Origin: Parcubacteria group bacterium | GTDB taxonomy: Bacteria; Patescibacteriota; Patescibacteriia; UBA1558; GWA2-36-10 | DNA length: 64,000 nucleotides | Assembly (NCBI GenBank): GCA_003104935.1 | Contig: PQAE01000012.1 | Location: 4,988-68,987, forward strand | Direction: 5' to 3' | Part shown: positions 37,635 to 47,891 of the stretch, piece after piece | How the letters are laid out: the number at the start of each line of letters is the position of its first letter | How positions within the stretch are numbered: position 1 is the stretch's first letter | Program-made: the position numbers and the translations under genes | Notes under the pieces: model-generated | Told to the model about the DNA's origin: nothing | What the model saw: the letters and a program-made list of their open reading frames with translations, nothing else | Databases searched by the model: none

Positions 37635-38747
37635 TTAAATGATTATTCTGGGAATATCAGTATTTATTCGGGTGACAATTTCATAATTAATACTTTGCGC
37701 TTGGCCGGCTAAATATTCGGCACTGATTTTTTCTGCATCATCTATACCGATTAATGTTGCCCTGTCCCCTACCTTCACTTCCAGGCCCTGAGGAATCTCC
37801 ACCATCGTCAGATTCATACAAATATTGCCGCGCACCGGACATCTTTTGCCCTTAATTAAAACTTCACTTTTGTTAGAGAGCGCGCGCGGATAACCTTCGT
37901 TGTACCCTACCGGCAAGACCGCTAGCTGGCCATCGTGTTCAAAAATGTGCGTGCGATTATAGCCGATGCTTTCTCCGGATTTTATTTTTTTTATTTGTAC
38001 TATTTTTGTGCACCAACTCAGGACCGTGTGCAGATCCAGGCCTAGCTTTTCACCACGCTGTCGCGACGGCTCCGAGGGCCATAGACCATATAAAGACAAA
38101 CCCAGTCTTACTATGTCTAATTGAGAATCCGGCACGCTGATAGCCGCGGCCGAACAGGCAATGTGAAATAAAATGTCCGGAAATTGCTTTTTTATTTGGT
38201 TCAGCTGGGCTAATTGACCTCGGGAAAAAGTCTGATCCTCGGCTTCGGATTCCGCAAAATGACTAAAGATGCTAAAAATTTCTAAATTTGGTTTGTGCTG
38301 TATTTGCCGGACAACGTCCGCCGCCTCCTCTACTCTAAACCCCAGACGCGACGTGCCGGTATCAACCTTTATATTAATTTGAAATTTGGTATTTAACTTC
38401 GCTCCTAAATCATTTAGATAATCTGCCGTGGCCAAGTCATAAACCGTTAGTGATATATTTTGGTCGACAATTTTTAATAATTGGCTCTCCTCCGGATCAA
38501 AATAACTTAGGACCATTAGCGGTTTTTTGCTGAGCACACGGACAGCCAAGGCCTCGTCTAAATTAGCCAGCATAAATCCGGCCGCATTTTTTTCCTTTTC
38601 TAAAATACTTAACACCGATGCCAGACCGTGCCCATAAGCATTACTCTTGATTACCGGCCAGATTTGAGCATGAGGAATGATATTCTTATACTGCTGGAGA
38701 TTATGGACTAAATTGGCCTTATTTATTTCTACCCAGGCAAGCGGCAT
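37635..38747 (-). CDS. alr: Alanine racemase
   Basis: VIKSNAYGHG (PLP Lys), KVDTGTSRLG, SHFA, IGY, GNICMN, INYE. Confidence 0.95.
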   Translation of the reverse strand: MPLAWVEINKANLVHNLQQYKNIIPHAQIWPVIKSNAYGHGLASVLSILEKEKNAAGFMLANLDEALAVRVLSKKPLMVLSYFDPEESQLLKIVDQNISLTVYDLATADYLNDLGAKLNTKFQINIKVDTGTSRLGFRVEEAADVVRQIQHKPNLEIFSIFSHFAESEAEDQTFSRGQLAQLNQIKKQFPDILFHIACSAAAISVPDSQLDIVRLGLSLYGLWPSEPSRQRGEKLGLDLHTVLSWCTKIVQIKKIKSGESIGYNRTHIFEHDGQLAVLPVGYNEGYPRALSNKSEVLIKGKRCPVRGNICMNLTMVEIPQGLEVKVGDRATLIGIDDAEKISAEYLAGQAQSINYEIVTRINTDIPRIII

Positions 38748-39994
38748 TATTTTTTCTTCAATACTTTTTTTCCGACAAACTTTTGCAAAACCTTAGGCAC
38801 CTGCACTGACCCGTCCGCTTGCTGAAATTGTTCCAGGATGGCCGGCACTATGCGGCTGGTGGCTAGACCCGAGGCATTAAGTGTATGTAAAAATTCCGTC
38901 TTCTTAGCGTCTTTGTCCTTAAAACGGATATTGCCGCGCCGGGCCTGATAATCCAAAGCATTGGAAATACTGCTGACTTCTTTATAAACATTCATGCTGG
39001 GAATCCAGACTTCCAGATCAATAGTCTTGGCCATAGCGGCGCTGGCGTCCTCGGCCGCAAGCAAAACTGATTGACAGTGCAGACCTAGCCCCTCAACCAA
39101 CTTCTGAGCATTCTTTGTGAGCTCATCAAAAGCCTTCCAGGAATCTTCCGGCCGAGTAAACTGAAACATCTCAATCTTATTAAACTGATGGCCGCGCACC
39201 ATGCCCCGCTCCTCTTTGCGATAGGCTCCGGCCTCACGTCGGAAGCAAGCTGAATATGCAAAATATTTTCGCGGTAATTCTTCCCCAGGAATAATCTCGT
39301 CACGATGCCAATTGCCCAACATCATTTCGCTGGTAGCGTTTAAGCACAACCTATCTTGATTCCAATACAAATCATCTCTAAACTTGGGCAAATGTCCGGA
39401 GGTATAGGCCGACTGCTCAGTCAGTAAATACGGCGGCAAGATAAATTCATAATCATTTTTACGGTGAAACTCTATAAAATAATTTAGTAAAGCCCACTCC
39501 AGTAATGCTCCGTCTCCGGTATAAGCCCAAAAGCCCGAGCCGGACATCTTGACGGCGCGTTCATAATCCACCAGACCTAAACTAGTGGCTAATTCTACGT
39601 GATCTTTTGGGGTGAATTTAAAGGATGGTTTTTTTCCGAAAGTATGAATAACCTTATTATTTTCCTTGCCACCGGGCAAAACGTCTTCGGCTGGGAGGTT
39701 TGGCAGTTCCGACAACCTGATACGCAAAGTGTCCTCGACCGCGGCCAAGTTTTCGTCATATTGCTTTATTTCCTCGCCGACTTTTTTTAATTTGGCAATG
39801 GTGGCGGCGTCAGGTTTGGACTGGGAAGATTTGTTGCGCTGAGCCCTCAACTCTTCTGTCTTACTGATAAGCATCCGCCTTTCATCGTCCAGCTGTATCA
39901 GGTGCTCCAAATCAAAATTTTCCGGCTTTAATCTCTTGAGCAATGCTGCTTTGACCTGGTCTTTATGATCGCGAATTTTTTGAATGTCCAGCAT
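38747..39994 (-). CDS. serS: Serine--tRNA ligase
   Basis: MLDI, ATSE, CFRREAG, RGHQFNKIE, EVSS.SN, HTLNASGLA. Confidence 0.97.
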   Translation of the reverse strand: MLDIQKIRDHKDQVKAALLKRLKPENFDLEHLIQLDDERRMLISKTEELRAQRNKSSQSKPDAATIAKLKKVGEEIKQYDENLAAVEDTLRIRLSELPNLPAEDVLPGGKENNKVIHTFGKKPSFKFTPKDHVELATSLGLVDYERAVKMSGSGFWAYTGDGALLEWALLNYFIEFHRKNDYEFILPPYLLTEQSAYTSGHLPKFRDDLYWNQDRLCLNATSEMMLGNWHRDEIIPGEELPRKYFAYSACFRREAGAYRKEERGMVRGHQFNKIEMFQFTRPEDSWKAFDELTKNAQKLVEGLGLHCQSVLLAAEDASAAMAKTIDLEVWIPSMNVYKEVSSISNALDYQARRGNIRFKDKDAKKTEFLHTLNASGLATSRIVPAILEQFQQADGSVQVPKVLQKFVGKKVLKKK

Positions 39995-40000
39995 AAAAAA

Positions 40001-40657
40001 TTATTTTAAAATAATTGAAAGTATCATATCACCCTGCACAATGTTATTTACAACATCCTGGCCTTTGGTTACCTGACCAAAAATAGTGTGCTTATTGTCC
40101 AGCCAGGGCGTGGGCACGTGGGTAATAAAAAATTGGGAGCCATTGGTATTGGGACCGGAGTTGGCCATGGCCAAAACTCCCGGCTTATCAAACTTCAGAT
40201 TCGGGCTAAACTCATCGGCAAATTTATATCCAGGTCCGCCGGTACCGGCAATCGGTAGGCCACTGCTGTCCGGTGCATAAACAAAATCCTTTCCCGCCGT
40301 ACCCTTGGCCTGCGGATCTCCGGTTTGAATCATAAAATCGGCAATCACCCGGTGAAAATAAATACCGTCATAAAAACCGCTCTGGGCTAATTTTATAAAA
40401 TTAGCCACGGTAGCCGGCGCCTGATCTTTATAAAATGTAATGTCAATCTCTCCCTTGGTAGTAACAATACTGGCCGCGGTGACTGTGTTATTCTGATCCA
40501 TAATTAATTTTTTATCCTGATTATTGACTAAAATATTTTTCTGATTAACTTTTTGGCCTGTCTGACTATTATTCTGCGCGCGGCCGCCGACTAAATAGCC
40601 CAAACCGATCAATAAAAGTATTGCCACTACCACCCCTAAATATTTATTCTGATTCAT
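40001..40657 (-). CDS. Cyclophilin-type peptidyl-prolyl isomerase, membrane-anchored
   Basis: [41 protein letters not shown]. Confidence 0.94.
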   Translation of the reverse strand: MNQNKYLGVVVAILLLIGLGYLVGGRAQNNSQTGQKVNQKNILVNNQDKKLIMDQNNTVTAASIVTTKGEIDITFYKDQAPATVANFIKLAQSGFYDGIYFHRVIADFMIQTGDPQAKGTAGKDFVYAPDSSGLPIAGTGGPGYKFADEFSPNLKFDKPGVLAMANSGPNTNGSQFFITHVPTPWLDNKHTIFGQVTKGQDVVNNIVQGDMILSIILK

Positions 40658-41252
40658 ATTGCAATTTTTTAATAATTTTATTGACCGCTTGGCCGCGGTG
40701 ACTAATCTTATTTTTTTCTTCTATGGATAGCTGAGAAAATACTTTATCGTGACCCAGTGGGTAAAAAATCGAACTATAGGGTAGGCCCGGCTCAATCGGA
40801 CAGGCTAATTCCGTCCCAATCCTTCCCCGGCAGGTGCCTTCAGCGGTGATTAGCTCCTCGCCGTCAAACAGAGCCGCCACGGTAATAAACTGACAGTTAC
40901 GTTTTTCAACAGGTACTTTTTGCAAACTCTTTAACAACCAATCTAGAATATCCTGGTCTGAGCCGCGCTGGGCATTGCCCCAACGGCGAGAGTGCACTCC
41001 CGGCTCTCCGTGCAAGGCATCCACGGCTAATCCGGAATCATCGGCAAGAGTCGGTATTTTGGCCAACTCAAAATAAAACTTGGCCTTGGCTACGGCATTA
41101 TCCTCAAAGGTCCGCCCAACTTCTTCAAATTCTTCGCTGATTTTCAAATCGTTCAAGGAATATATCGGGATACCGAAGGTCTCAAAAAGTTTTTTTAATT
41201 CCGCAAACTTTCCGGAATTGTGAGTGGCAATCAATAATTTCTCAAGCTTCAT
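40644..41252 (-). CDS. rdgB: Non-canonical purine NTP pyrophosphatase (RdgB/HAM1)
   Basis: [39 protein letters not shown]. Confidence 0.93.
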   Translation of the reverse strand: MKLEKLLIATHNSGKFAELKKLFETFGIPIYSLNDLKISEEFEEVGRTFEDNAVAKAKFYFELAKIPTLADDSGLAVDALHGEPGVHSRRWGNAQRGSDQDILDWLLKSLQKVPVEKRNCQFITVAALFDGEELITAEGTCRGRIGTELACPIEPGLPYSSIFYPLGHDKVFSQLSIEEKNKISHRGQAVNKIIKKLQYESE

Positions 41253-41289
41253 AAATAAATTACAGGTACTGGTTAGAAACTACTCGTCA

Positions 41290-42771
41290 CTAAGTGCTCG
41301 CCTTCGGCCGCATAGTTGGGAATAAAATAACTTCTTTGATATTTTCCACATCGCCCAGCATCATTACCAGCCGATCAATGCCGATGCCTACTCCGGCGGT
41401 AGGCGGCATGCCGTGTTTCAATGCCTCCACAAAGTCATCGTCGGCACCCTGTGCCTCGTCATCGCCGGCCGCCCGCAATCTCTTTTGCTCCTCAAAACGT
41501 TCGGCCTGATCCAGAGGATCATTGAGCTCAGAAAAAGCGTTACAAAGCTCTGCGGTCTTGACCACTAATTGAAATCTTTCTACGTAGTTTGGCCGATCCG
41601 GAATTTTTTTGGCTAAGGGCGACAACTCAATCGGATGGTTAATAATAAAGGTCGGTTGAATTATTTTTGACCGAACAAATTTTTTGTACAGTTCGTCCAG
41701 CAGTTTGCCCCGGCCCCAGCTTTTATCCACCGGCAAATTAGCTTTCATGGCGATAGCGGCCAAGTCATTATCCGAGGCCTGATCAATATTAATTTTTAAA
41801 GCTTTATCCAGCTCGGTCTTAAAATCCAGACGCGGATAGGGCGTTTTAAAATTTAAGGTATCATTACCGCACTTTATGTTGGTCTTGTGAAACAGTCCTT
41901 TGACCATACTTTCAAGATATTTTTCCACCAGCTCCATATAACCCCGGTAATCCTGATACGCCTCATAGGCCTCCAACTGGGTAAACTCGGGGTTGTGCTG
42001 ATGATCGATGCCCTCATTTCTAAAACAGCGGGCGATTTCATATACTTTGTCATAACCACCGATGATTAATCTCTTCAGATAAAGCTCCGGGGCAACCCGT
42101 AAGTACAGATCCATATCCAGGGCATTATGGTGCGTCACAAATGGTTTGGCCGTAGCACCGGTAGCGATAACTTGTAATACTGGCGTGTCTACATCCATAT
42201 AACCGCGCTCATCAAAAAAATTGCGCGTTAATTTTATAATCTTAGAACGCAGATCAAAAACTGTTTTTCTGTCCGGATTCACAATCAGATCCAAATATCT
42301 CTTGCGAAAGCGCAGATCCGGATCCTTCAGACCATAATATTCATCGGGAATCGGCAACAAGGCCTTGGTTAATAATCGAAAATTACTAACCAGCAAGGTT
42401 GATTCATCTGTCTTGGTCGTAAAAGCCGTGCCGCTAAACTCCACAAAGTCTCCTTGGTCTATAAAGTTCTTAAACTGCTCATACTCCTCGGCTCCTATAC
42501 TGTCCTGGCGCAAAAAGGCCTGCAGTCTTCCGCTACCGTCGGCAAAGTGCAAAAAACAAGATCCGCCCTGCAGACGCAAGCTAAATATACGGCCGGCCAA
42601 AACTACTTTTTTCTGGGACTTTAATAATTTACTAAAATCCTGCAGAAAGTCCGCTACCCGATAATTTCGGGCAGTCTGAGCCGGATAGGCGCTAAGCCCT
42701 CTCTTCCTGATTTCCTGCAACTTATCCAACCTTTGTTTATACTCGTCGTTGATGTTTATTTTTTCTCTCAT
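41290..42771 (-). CDS. lysS: Lysine--tRNA ligase (class II)
   Basis: RKRYLDL, YLRVAPELYLKRL, FRNEGID..HNPEF, GMPPTAG.GIGIDRL; start MREK. Confidence 0.97.
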   Translation of the reverse strand: MREKININDEYKQRLDKLQEIRKRGLSAYPAQTARNYRVADFLQDFSKLLKSQKKVVLAGRIFSLRLQGGSCFLHFADGSGRLQAFLRQDSIGAEEYEQFKNFIDQGDFVEFSGTAFTTKTDESTLLVSNFRLLTKALLPIPDEYYGLKDPDLRFRKRYLDLIVNPDRKTVFDLRSKIIKLTRNFFDERGYMDVDTPVLQVIATGATAKPFVTHHNALDMDLYLRVAPELYLKRLIIGGYDKVYEIARCFRNEGIDHQHNPEFTQLEAYEAYQDYRGYMELVEKYLESMVKGLFHKTNIKCGNDTLNFKTPYPRLDFKTELDKALKINIDQASDNDLAAIAMKANLPVDKSWGRGKLLDELYKKFVRSKIIQPTFIINHPIELSPLAKKIPDRPNYVERFQLVVKTAELCNAFSELNDPLDQAERFEEQKRLRAAGDDEAQGADDDFVEALKHGMPPTAGVGIGIDRLVMMLGDVENIKEVILFPTMRPKAST

Positions 42772-42847
42772 AGAAATGATAAATATATACATAATAATAC
42801 CGAATTTTGAGCTAAAAAGCAACGAATATTACAATGTTTTCTGACTA

Positions 42848-42876
42848 TTGACAATATTATAATTATATGCTATAAT
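42848..42876 (+). promoter_or_regulatory. Consensus sigma70 promoter
   Basis: TTGACA-17 nt-TATAAT with extended TG. Confidence 0.8.
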
Positions 42877-42922
42877 GAGAGAATAATCAGTGTTCCTAAC
42901 ACCCTATCGTTTGGAGATAGTC

Positions 42923-43102
42923 ATGTTCCTCTGTACTTTTCTTGGCACGCTTCTTGGTGCCGTTACGGGCCTTGAGGTTTACAACGGAACTAACAACTCC
43001 GGTTTGGCATGTGCAAGCTCGATGGCCATCTTCGCCATAGGAATGCTCGTGGGAAGAGTAGTAGTGGCCATCGAGGATTTGCGCAGGCAAATCAAAGGAT
43101 AA
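42923..43102 (+). CDS. Orphan 59-aa membrane protein with two hydrophobic segments
   Basis: GGAG 6 nt before ATG 42923; own promoter and terminator. Confidence 0.65.
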   Translation: MFLCTFLGTLLGAVTGLEVYNGTNNSGLACASSMAIFAIGMLVGRVVVAIEDLRRQIKG

Positions 43103-43112
43103 GCGCATCATC

Positions 43113-43161
43113 AAAAGAGACTCATTACTTCAATACCAATGAAGACAAATGAGTCTCTTTT
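43113..43161 (+). terminator. Intrinsic terminator
   Basis: aaaagagactcatt...aatgagtctctttt. Confidence 0.7.
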
Positions 43162-43167
43162 CAGTTT

Positions 43168-43200
43168 ACCCCGTTAGACGCCAGTGGCGTCTAACGGGGT
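43168..43200. repeat. Perfect 16-bp-arm palindrome (ccccgttaga...tctaacgggg type)
   Basis: accccgttagacgcca-g-tggcgtctaacggggt; half copy cccgttaga at ~55830. Confidence 0.8.
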
Positions 43201-43272
43201 TGACAAATATGCTTTTTTTTGATATTTTGAAGCGTAAATCATGTTCGCTCCACTAGCTGAAAGGATAAAGCC

Positions 43273-43530
43273 ATGCAAGGCCTTCTGTTTCTGGAAATCG
43301 ACAAGGGCAAGTTCGGCGCTCATGGTTATGCCGACCACACCCAGATCTGGCACCTGGTGCAGGACGGACATGCCCTGCACATCAAGAAACACTTCACGGG
43401 CAAACCTGGTGAGGAACAGCTCAAGGTCACAGTCACTGAGTGTGACGAGTCCTGCCCGCAACTGGTAAATATCCCCGAGCATGTCGTCACTAAGGCCCTG
43501 CCCAAGATTCAGGAAATCATCAAGCGTTGA
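43273..43530 (+). CDS. Orphan 85-aa His-rich protein
   Basis: TTGACA(43200)-17-TATTTT promoter; AAGGA SD; C/G-ending codons. Confidence 0.65.
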   Translation: MQGLLFLEIDKGKFGAHGYADHTQIWHLVQDGHALHIKKHFTGKPGEEQLKVTVTECDESCPQLVNIPEHVVTKALPKIQEIIKR

Positions 43531-43598
43531 TGAACTGATTCTATGTCCAGAGGGGCATACGCCCTCGTCAGCACGAGCATATTTTCCCAGGAGGCCTA

Positions 43599-43700
43599 AT
43601 GACCAGGTACATCATCTTTATCGGTGCGATCGTCGTGGCCGCAATCATCATCACTGCCCGTGTACTCATGGGCAAAGAGAATATCGGCGACTACATGTGA
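43599..43700 (+). CDS. 33-aa single-TM microprotein MTRYIIFIGAIVVAAIIITARVLMGKENIGDYM (not in ORF track)
   Basis: AGGAGG at 43589-43594, ATG 43599, TGA 43698-43700; terminator follows. Confidence 0.6.
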   Translation: MTRYIIFIGAIVVAAIIITARVLMGKENIGDYM

Positions 43701-43715
43701 GTCGCTGCCACAAAC

Positions 43716-43742
43716 AGGGACAGCCACATGGCTGTCCCTTTC
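43716..43742 (+). terminator. Intrinsic terminator
   Basis: agggacagcca-ca-tggctgtccct-tt. Confidence 0.7.
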
Positions 43743-43746
43743 AAAT

Positions 43747-44550
43747 TTATTCAATTTTTGGCAAGGGCTGTTTCCGGTACTTCCACAGATATTTCAGAAA
43801 ACTAAGAATATGATTACGGGCGGTTTTTTTAAACAAGGTTTTCCAAAGATTATCCGAAGCCGACTCTCGCCGGTGCAGATGGATGATCTCGGCCTCGCCC
43901 ACGTAAGCCACCATATAGCCGGCGGCCCAAAACCTCCGGGACCAATCTAGGTCCTCCATATACATGAAATACCTTTCGTCTAACAGGCCGACTTTTTCTA
44001 AGGTTGACCGCCGGACAATCAGACAGGCGCCAAATAAAGCCGGCACATAAGCATTGACACTATGGTCAATATCCGTCATTAAATAATTATTTAACCAGGC
44101 TTGTCCGGCCCGACTCTGCCCTACTCCGGTGCGACGGTACAGCGGTAGATGCCAGTCCGGAAAACGGGTACAGGAATACTGCACACTCTTATCGGCATTG
44201 ATCAGTCGCGGACCGGCCAACCCCACTTCCGGATGCGCTTCCATATATTCATACAATTTATTCAGTCCGTCCGACAATATAGCTAGATCCGGATTACATA
44301 TCAAAATATACTTGCCCTGGCTGGCCTTAACGCCCAGATTATTGCCGTAGGCAAAACCGCCGTTTTTATTGCTCTGAATAAATTTCACCCCGGGAAATTT
44401 TGGAACCAATTCAGCGATGCCATCATAGGAGCCGTTATCCACCACAATAATTTCATTGTGGTAAGGCAAACCTAGCTCCAGCAGATTAACCAATAATTCC
44501 TTAACTAAACGCCGGTTAAAATAATTTAGTATTACTATTGATAAATCCAT
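43747..44550 (-). CDS. GT2 glycosyltransferase (WbbL-like)
   Basis: VVDNGS.DG, N.GFA.GNN.G, NPD, FMYMEDLD. Confidence 0.9.
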   Translation of the reverse strand: MDLSIVILNYFNRRLVKELLVNLLELGLPYHNEIIVVDNGSYDGIAELVPKFPGVKFIQSNKNGGFAYGNNLGVKASQGKYILICNPDLAILSDGLNKLYEYMEAHPEVGLAGPRLINADKSVQYSCTRFPDWHLPLYRRTGVGQSRAGQAWLNNYLMTDIDHSVNAYVPALFGACLIVRRSTLEKVGLLDERYFMYMEDLDWSRRFWAAGYMVAYVGEAEIIHLHRRESASDNLWKTLFKKTARNHILSFLKYLWKYRKQPLPKIE

Positions 44551-44554
44551 ATTT

Positions 44555-45556
44555 TTATCTAAACCATTTCCTCATGTCGGCGGGCTTGAGCTCGGTATGC
44601 GACATAATAAATTTGTGCTTCTTTTTTAGCTTAGGCAAACTCCGAAAAAACTCGCTCAATCCGCCCAAGGTTTGCCTTTCAAAAATTAATAAATAAATAA
44701 ATTTACGAAATTCGTACCAACTGATGGGCCAAAAGTCCTGCCAAATGTTTTTAAAAAAAGAATTTTTATACAAAGTCATCAGATGATTGCGGTAGGACAG
44801 ACGATTGGCCAGAGTGCGGTGTTTAAACATAAAACGGATATTACTGCCGCCACTGACACTACGGTGATGATATGCTTTGGTATTGGTGATCAACCAGTTT
44901 TGCCAGCCGGCCAGACGCAGTCGCCATGCCAGATCCACGTCTTCTTTATAGGCGAAAAAATCCTCATCAAAAAATTCAAAATAATTTTCCTCTTTGGTCT
45001 GAGCCACGCTTTCCAGAGCTTTACGGCGATAAATTACTGCCGTAGCGCTCAGTCCAAAAACCTCGGTGTTTTCCAGAGGCCGGTCAGCTTGGCCCTGCAA
45101 ATAATCGTAGACAAAACGCTTGCGATCTATTTTAAGTCCGGCCGAATCAATTATTTCTGTCTTATGACCTTCGCTAAAATCCCAATACATCAATTTACCC
45201 GAGACGCTAGCACACATCGGATTCTTATCCATAAAGTCCACTAAGCTTTGAATATAGTCTTTATCTAAGATAATATCCTGGTTTAAAACAAAAACATAGT
45301 CCGATTCAGTCCAATTCATAATCAGGTTATGGCCACGGGCAAAACCGATATTTTGCTTTTGCCTGACTATCCGCGTACCCGGCAAGGCATCCTCTACGGC
45401 CTTTACCGAATCATCGGTAGAGGCATTATCTAAAACTAACAGCGTCCAATCTTTAAAAGTTTGCGCTTTAAGACTATTAATCAGCCAGGGCAGATAGTGA
45501 ACCCCGTTCCAGGTCAATAAACTGATAATTACTTTATTTTCCTTGTTAGTGCTCAT
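44555..45556 (-). CDS. GT2 glycosyltransferase
   Basis: LDNASTD, NIGFARGHN, LNQD, FFAYKEDVDL. Confidence 0.9.
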   Translation of the reverse strand: MSTNKENKVIISLLTWNGVHYLPWLINSLKAQTFKDWTLLVLDNASTDDSVKAVEDALPGTRIVRQKQNIGFARGHNLIMNWTESDYVFVLNQDIILDKDYIQSLVDFMDKNPMCASVSGKLMYWDFSEGHKTEIIDSAGLKIDRKRFVYDYLQGQADRPLENTEVFGLSATAVIYRRKALESVAQTKEENYFEFFDEDFFAYKEDVDLAWRLRLAGWQNWLITNTKAYHHRSVSGGSNIRFMFKHRTLANRLSYRNHLMTLYKNSFFKNIWQDFWPISWYEFRKFIYLLIFERQTLGGLSEFFRSLPKLKKKHKFIMSHTELKPADMRKWFR

Positions 45557-46952
45557 GTCCAAAAATTATGGTACTGAGCATCAAGGCGCCCAAGCCCAGA
45601 GGATGATTTAGATAAGGGCTAAATATGTGGATGACTGCCACGGCACCCAGAATAGATATAATGGCCATTGGTTTAATATATTGCTCTCTTATCCGGCCAT
45701 AAGCTCTCTTTAAAACTAGCAAAATCCAGGCTACAAAACAAGCTACCAGCAATACTCCGCCCTTGACCCACTGATCCAGCCAACCCCACTCAAAAGAATA
45801 AGTAGTCAGCCAGCCCTCGGGATTATCTCCGCTCTTGATGCGCGGGTCATTGGACCGATAAGTCAGTTCCTTGCCAAAACCATAACCGATTAACGGACTA
45901 TTTTTTATGGCCTGGCCCATCACCGGCAAAAGTTGGAGGCGGCTGCTCGCCGCGGCTTCACCACTGTCAGTACTGCGCTGGCCAAAAATCTGCCAGGAAT
46001 TCCAGTGCGGCAGATTGTAGGCTAACTCTACAAACAAAAAACCTAGAATAAATACAGGAATCAAGCGTAGCCAGATTTTCCATGAATAAATATGGCGCCG
46101 GAAAATAATATAATTTACTGATAGTAAGGTACCAGCTACAACCACTCCTAACCAGAAACTGCGTGACAAGGAAATATATAAAGCGGCAATAAAAATGGCT
46201 AGATAAAATATAAGACCATATTTTTTATTACCAAAAAATTGTTTCAAAAATAAAACTACAAATGCAAATAAAACATAAATTTGCGCGGACATAAATACCC
46301 GCCAAAAATTGACAGTAAAGGGAGTGATTTCTCCGCTACGACTATCTCTGACCCATTTGTATAAAAAAGTTAAATTTGTACTGTGATAATACTGGGCATA
46401 GACGTTGAAAATCGTAATTGTTTTGACGCTGATAATCAGAACCGCGGCCAGCAAGAGCTGATAAATATTTTTTAAATAATCGCGTTGATAAAACTCATAC
46501 CAAACCGGCAGATATAAAACATAAAAATAAGCATTGGCGTCAAGAAATATATCAGCCCACGGATATTTATTATAAATACCAACGATTATCGCCAAAGCAA
46601 TGATCGTGATTAGAAACAACCACAGCCTAAAAAAATTTTTATCTTTGACTAGTTTTAATTGAGGTAATTTTGCGCAGTATTTTATGGCAAAAGCTGAGAC
46701 AATAGCGGCAAAAATGATCATTCTGGCGGAGATGCCAGCCCAAATAAAACTATGGCCGGCGCCGCCCCAAAATAGTTCCGCTAGCGACAAATACAGAGCG
46801 TATTCCGGCTTCCAAAAAACCAAGACAAAACCCAATATAAATAAGCCGGCTAAAACATAAAAATTAATAAAAATAAAGTTATAGGCCAACCATGAACAGA
46901 TTTCGGCCAGTAAAAAAAACAGTAAATAATATAGCAATCTATTCTTCTTCAT
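45546..46952 (-). CDS. O-antigen ligase/polymerase-like polytopic membrane protein
   Basis: Many TM segments, SLSRSFWLG, R.......I...PLIGYGFG; within GT cluster. Confidence 0.75.
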   Translation of the reverse strand: MKKNRLLYYLLFFLLAEICSWLAYNFIFINFYVLAGLFILGFVLVFWKPEYALYLSLAELFWGGAGHSFIWAGISARMIIFAAIVSAFAIKYCAKLPQLKLVKDKNFFRLWLFLITIIALAIIVGIYNKYPWADIFLDANAYFYVLYLPVWYEFYQRDYLKNIYQLLLAAVLIISVKTITIFNVYAQYYHSTNLTFLYKWVRDSRSGEITPFTVNFWRVFMSAQIYVLFAFVVLFLKQFFGNKKYGLIFYLAIFIAALYISLSRSFWLGVVVAGTLLSVNYIIFRRHIYSWKIWLRLIPVFILGFLFVELAYNLPHWNSWQIFGQRSTDSGEAAASSRLQLLPVMGQAIKNSPLIGYGFGKELTYRSNDPRIKSGDNPEGWLTTYSFEWGWLDQWVKGGVLLVACFVAWILLVLKRAYGRIREQYIKPMAIISILGAVAVIHIFSPYLNHPLGLGALMLSTIIFGHEH

Positions 46953-47886
46953 CGGGGTGTAAAAACCAGGCATAATATATGGTCAACATGATATTCAACG
47001 GCGTTAATAACAGTAAGATCAGCCACTGCCACCGGGGCTTGTTTTTCCAAAAAAAATGCAATAAGCTACGGTTGAAAATAAATTGTTTACGGATGATACC
47101 CCGCTGATTAAAGCTGGCCCCGGCTTGGTGGCGCAGAGTGGCCTGAGGAAAAAACACCACTGACCAACCGGCTCGCCTGGCCCGCAGGCAATAATCCACT
47201 TCCTCAAACCAGACAAAAAATTTCTCGTCCAGCAAACCAATCTGGTCAACAAGTTTACGGTTTATCAGCATGGCCGCGCCCATGACCTGCTCTACTTCCT
47301 GAGTCCGGGAGTAATCAAAATTTTCCTGCAAATATTCACCGATCGCATCCTGGGCCGAAAGCTTGGTCCCGACTTTAGTCAATAAGATCGACGGCGGCAT
47401 ATTCATTTTTTTTTGCTTGGCCAGTTGCGGAGAAATAATATTTTGCAGTTTTAATAGAGTCAGGATCTGCGAGTGCAGATCGGGAAATTTGCGCACCGAA
47501 TGCTGTACTGTGCCGTCGCTACTGAGTATTTTCGGCCCTAATATTCCTACCTCAGGGTGCTGACGCATATATTCCAGCAAACCAGGCAAGGTATTTTCCC
47601 CAATTTCCGTATCCGGATTGAGTAAAAGTATATAATCGCCATCGGACTGCTTGATACCAAGGTTGCAGGCTTTGGCAAAACCGTGATTACGCGGTAAAGC
47701 TATAGAAATCACATCCGGAAAATCCATAATCAGCATTTCCGAGGTTCCGTCCTGGGAATCATTGTCCACCACAAAAATCTCCAGCTTCAGACCATGACTG
47801 TATTTTTCCAAAGACTGCAAGCACTTATCCAAAAGACGCCTGACCTTCCAATTGACGATAATAATCGATAAATCCGGTTTAGCCAT
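46939..47886 (-). CDS. GT2 glycosyltransferase
   Basis: VVDNDS.DGT, N.GFAKACN, LLNPDT, VMGAA, FEEVDYC. Confidence 0.9.
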   Translation of the reverse strand: MAKPDLSIIIVNWKVRRLLDKCLQSLEKYSHGLKLEIFVVDNDSQDGTSEMLIMDFPDVISIALPRNHGFAKACNLGIKQSDGDYILLLNPDTEIGENTLPGLLEYMRQHPEVGILGPKILSSDGTVQHSVRKFPDLHSQILTLLKLQNIISPQLAKQKKMNMPPSILLTKVGTKLSAQDAIGEYLQENFDYSRTQEVEQVMGAAMLINRKLVDQIGLLDEKFFVWFEEVDYCLRARRAGWSVVFFPQATLRHQAGASFNQRGIIRKQFIFNRSLLHFFWKNKPRWQWLILLLLTPLNIMLTIYYAWFLHPDEEE

Positions 47887-47891
47887 AATAT

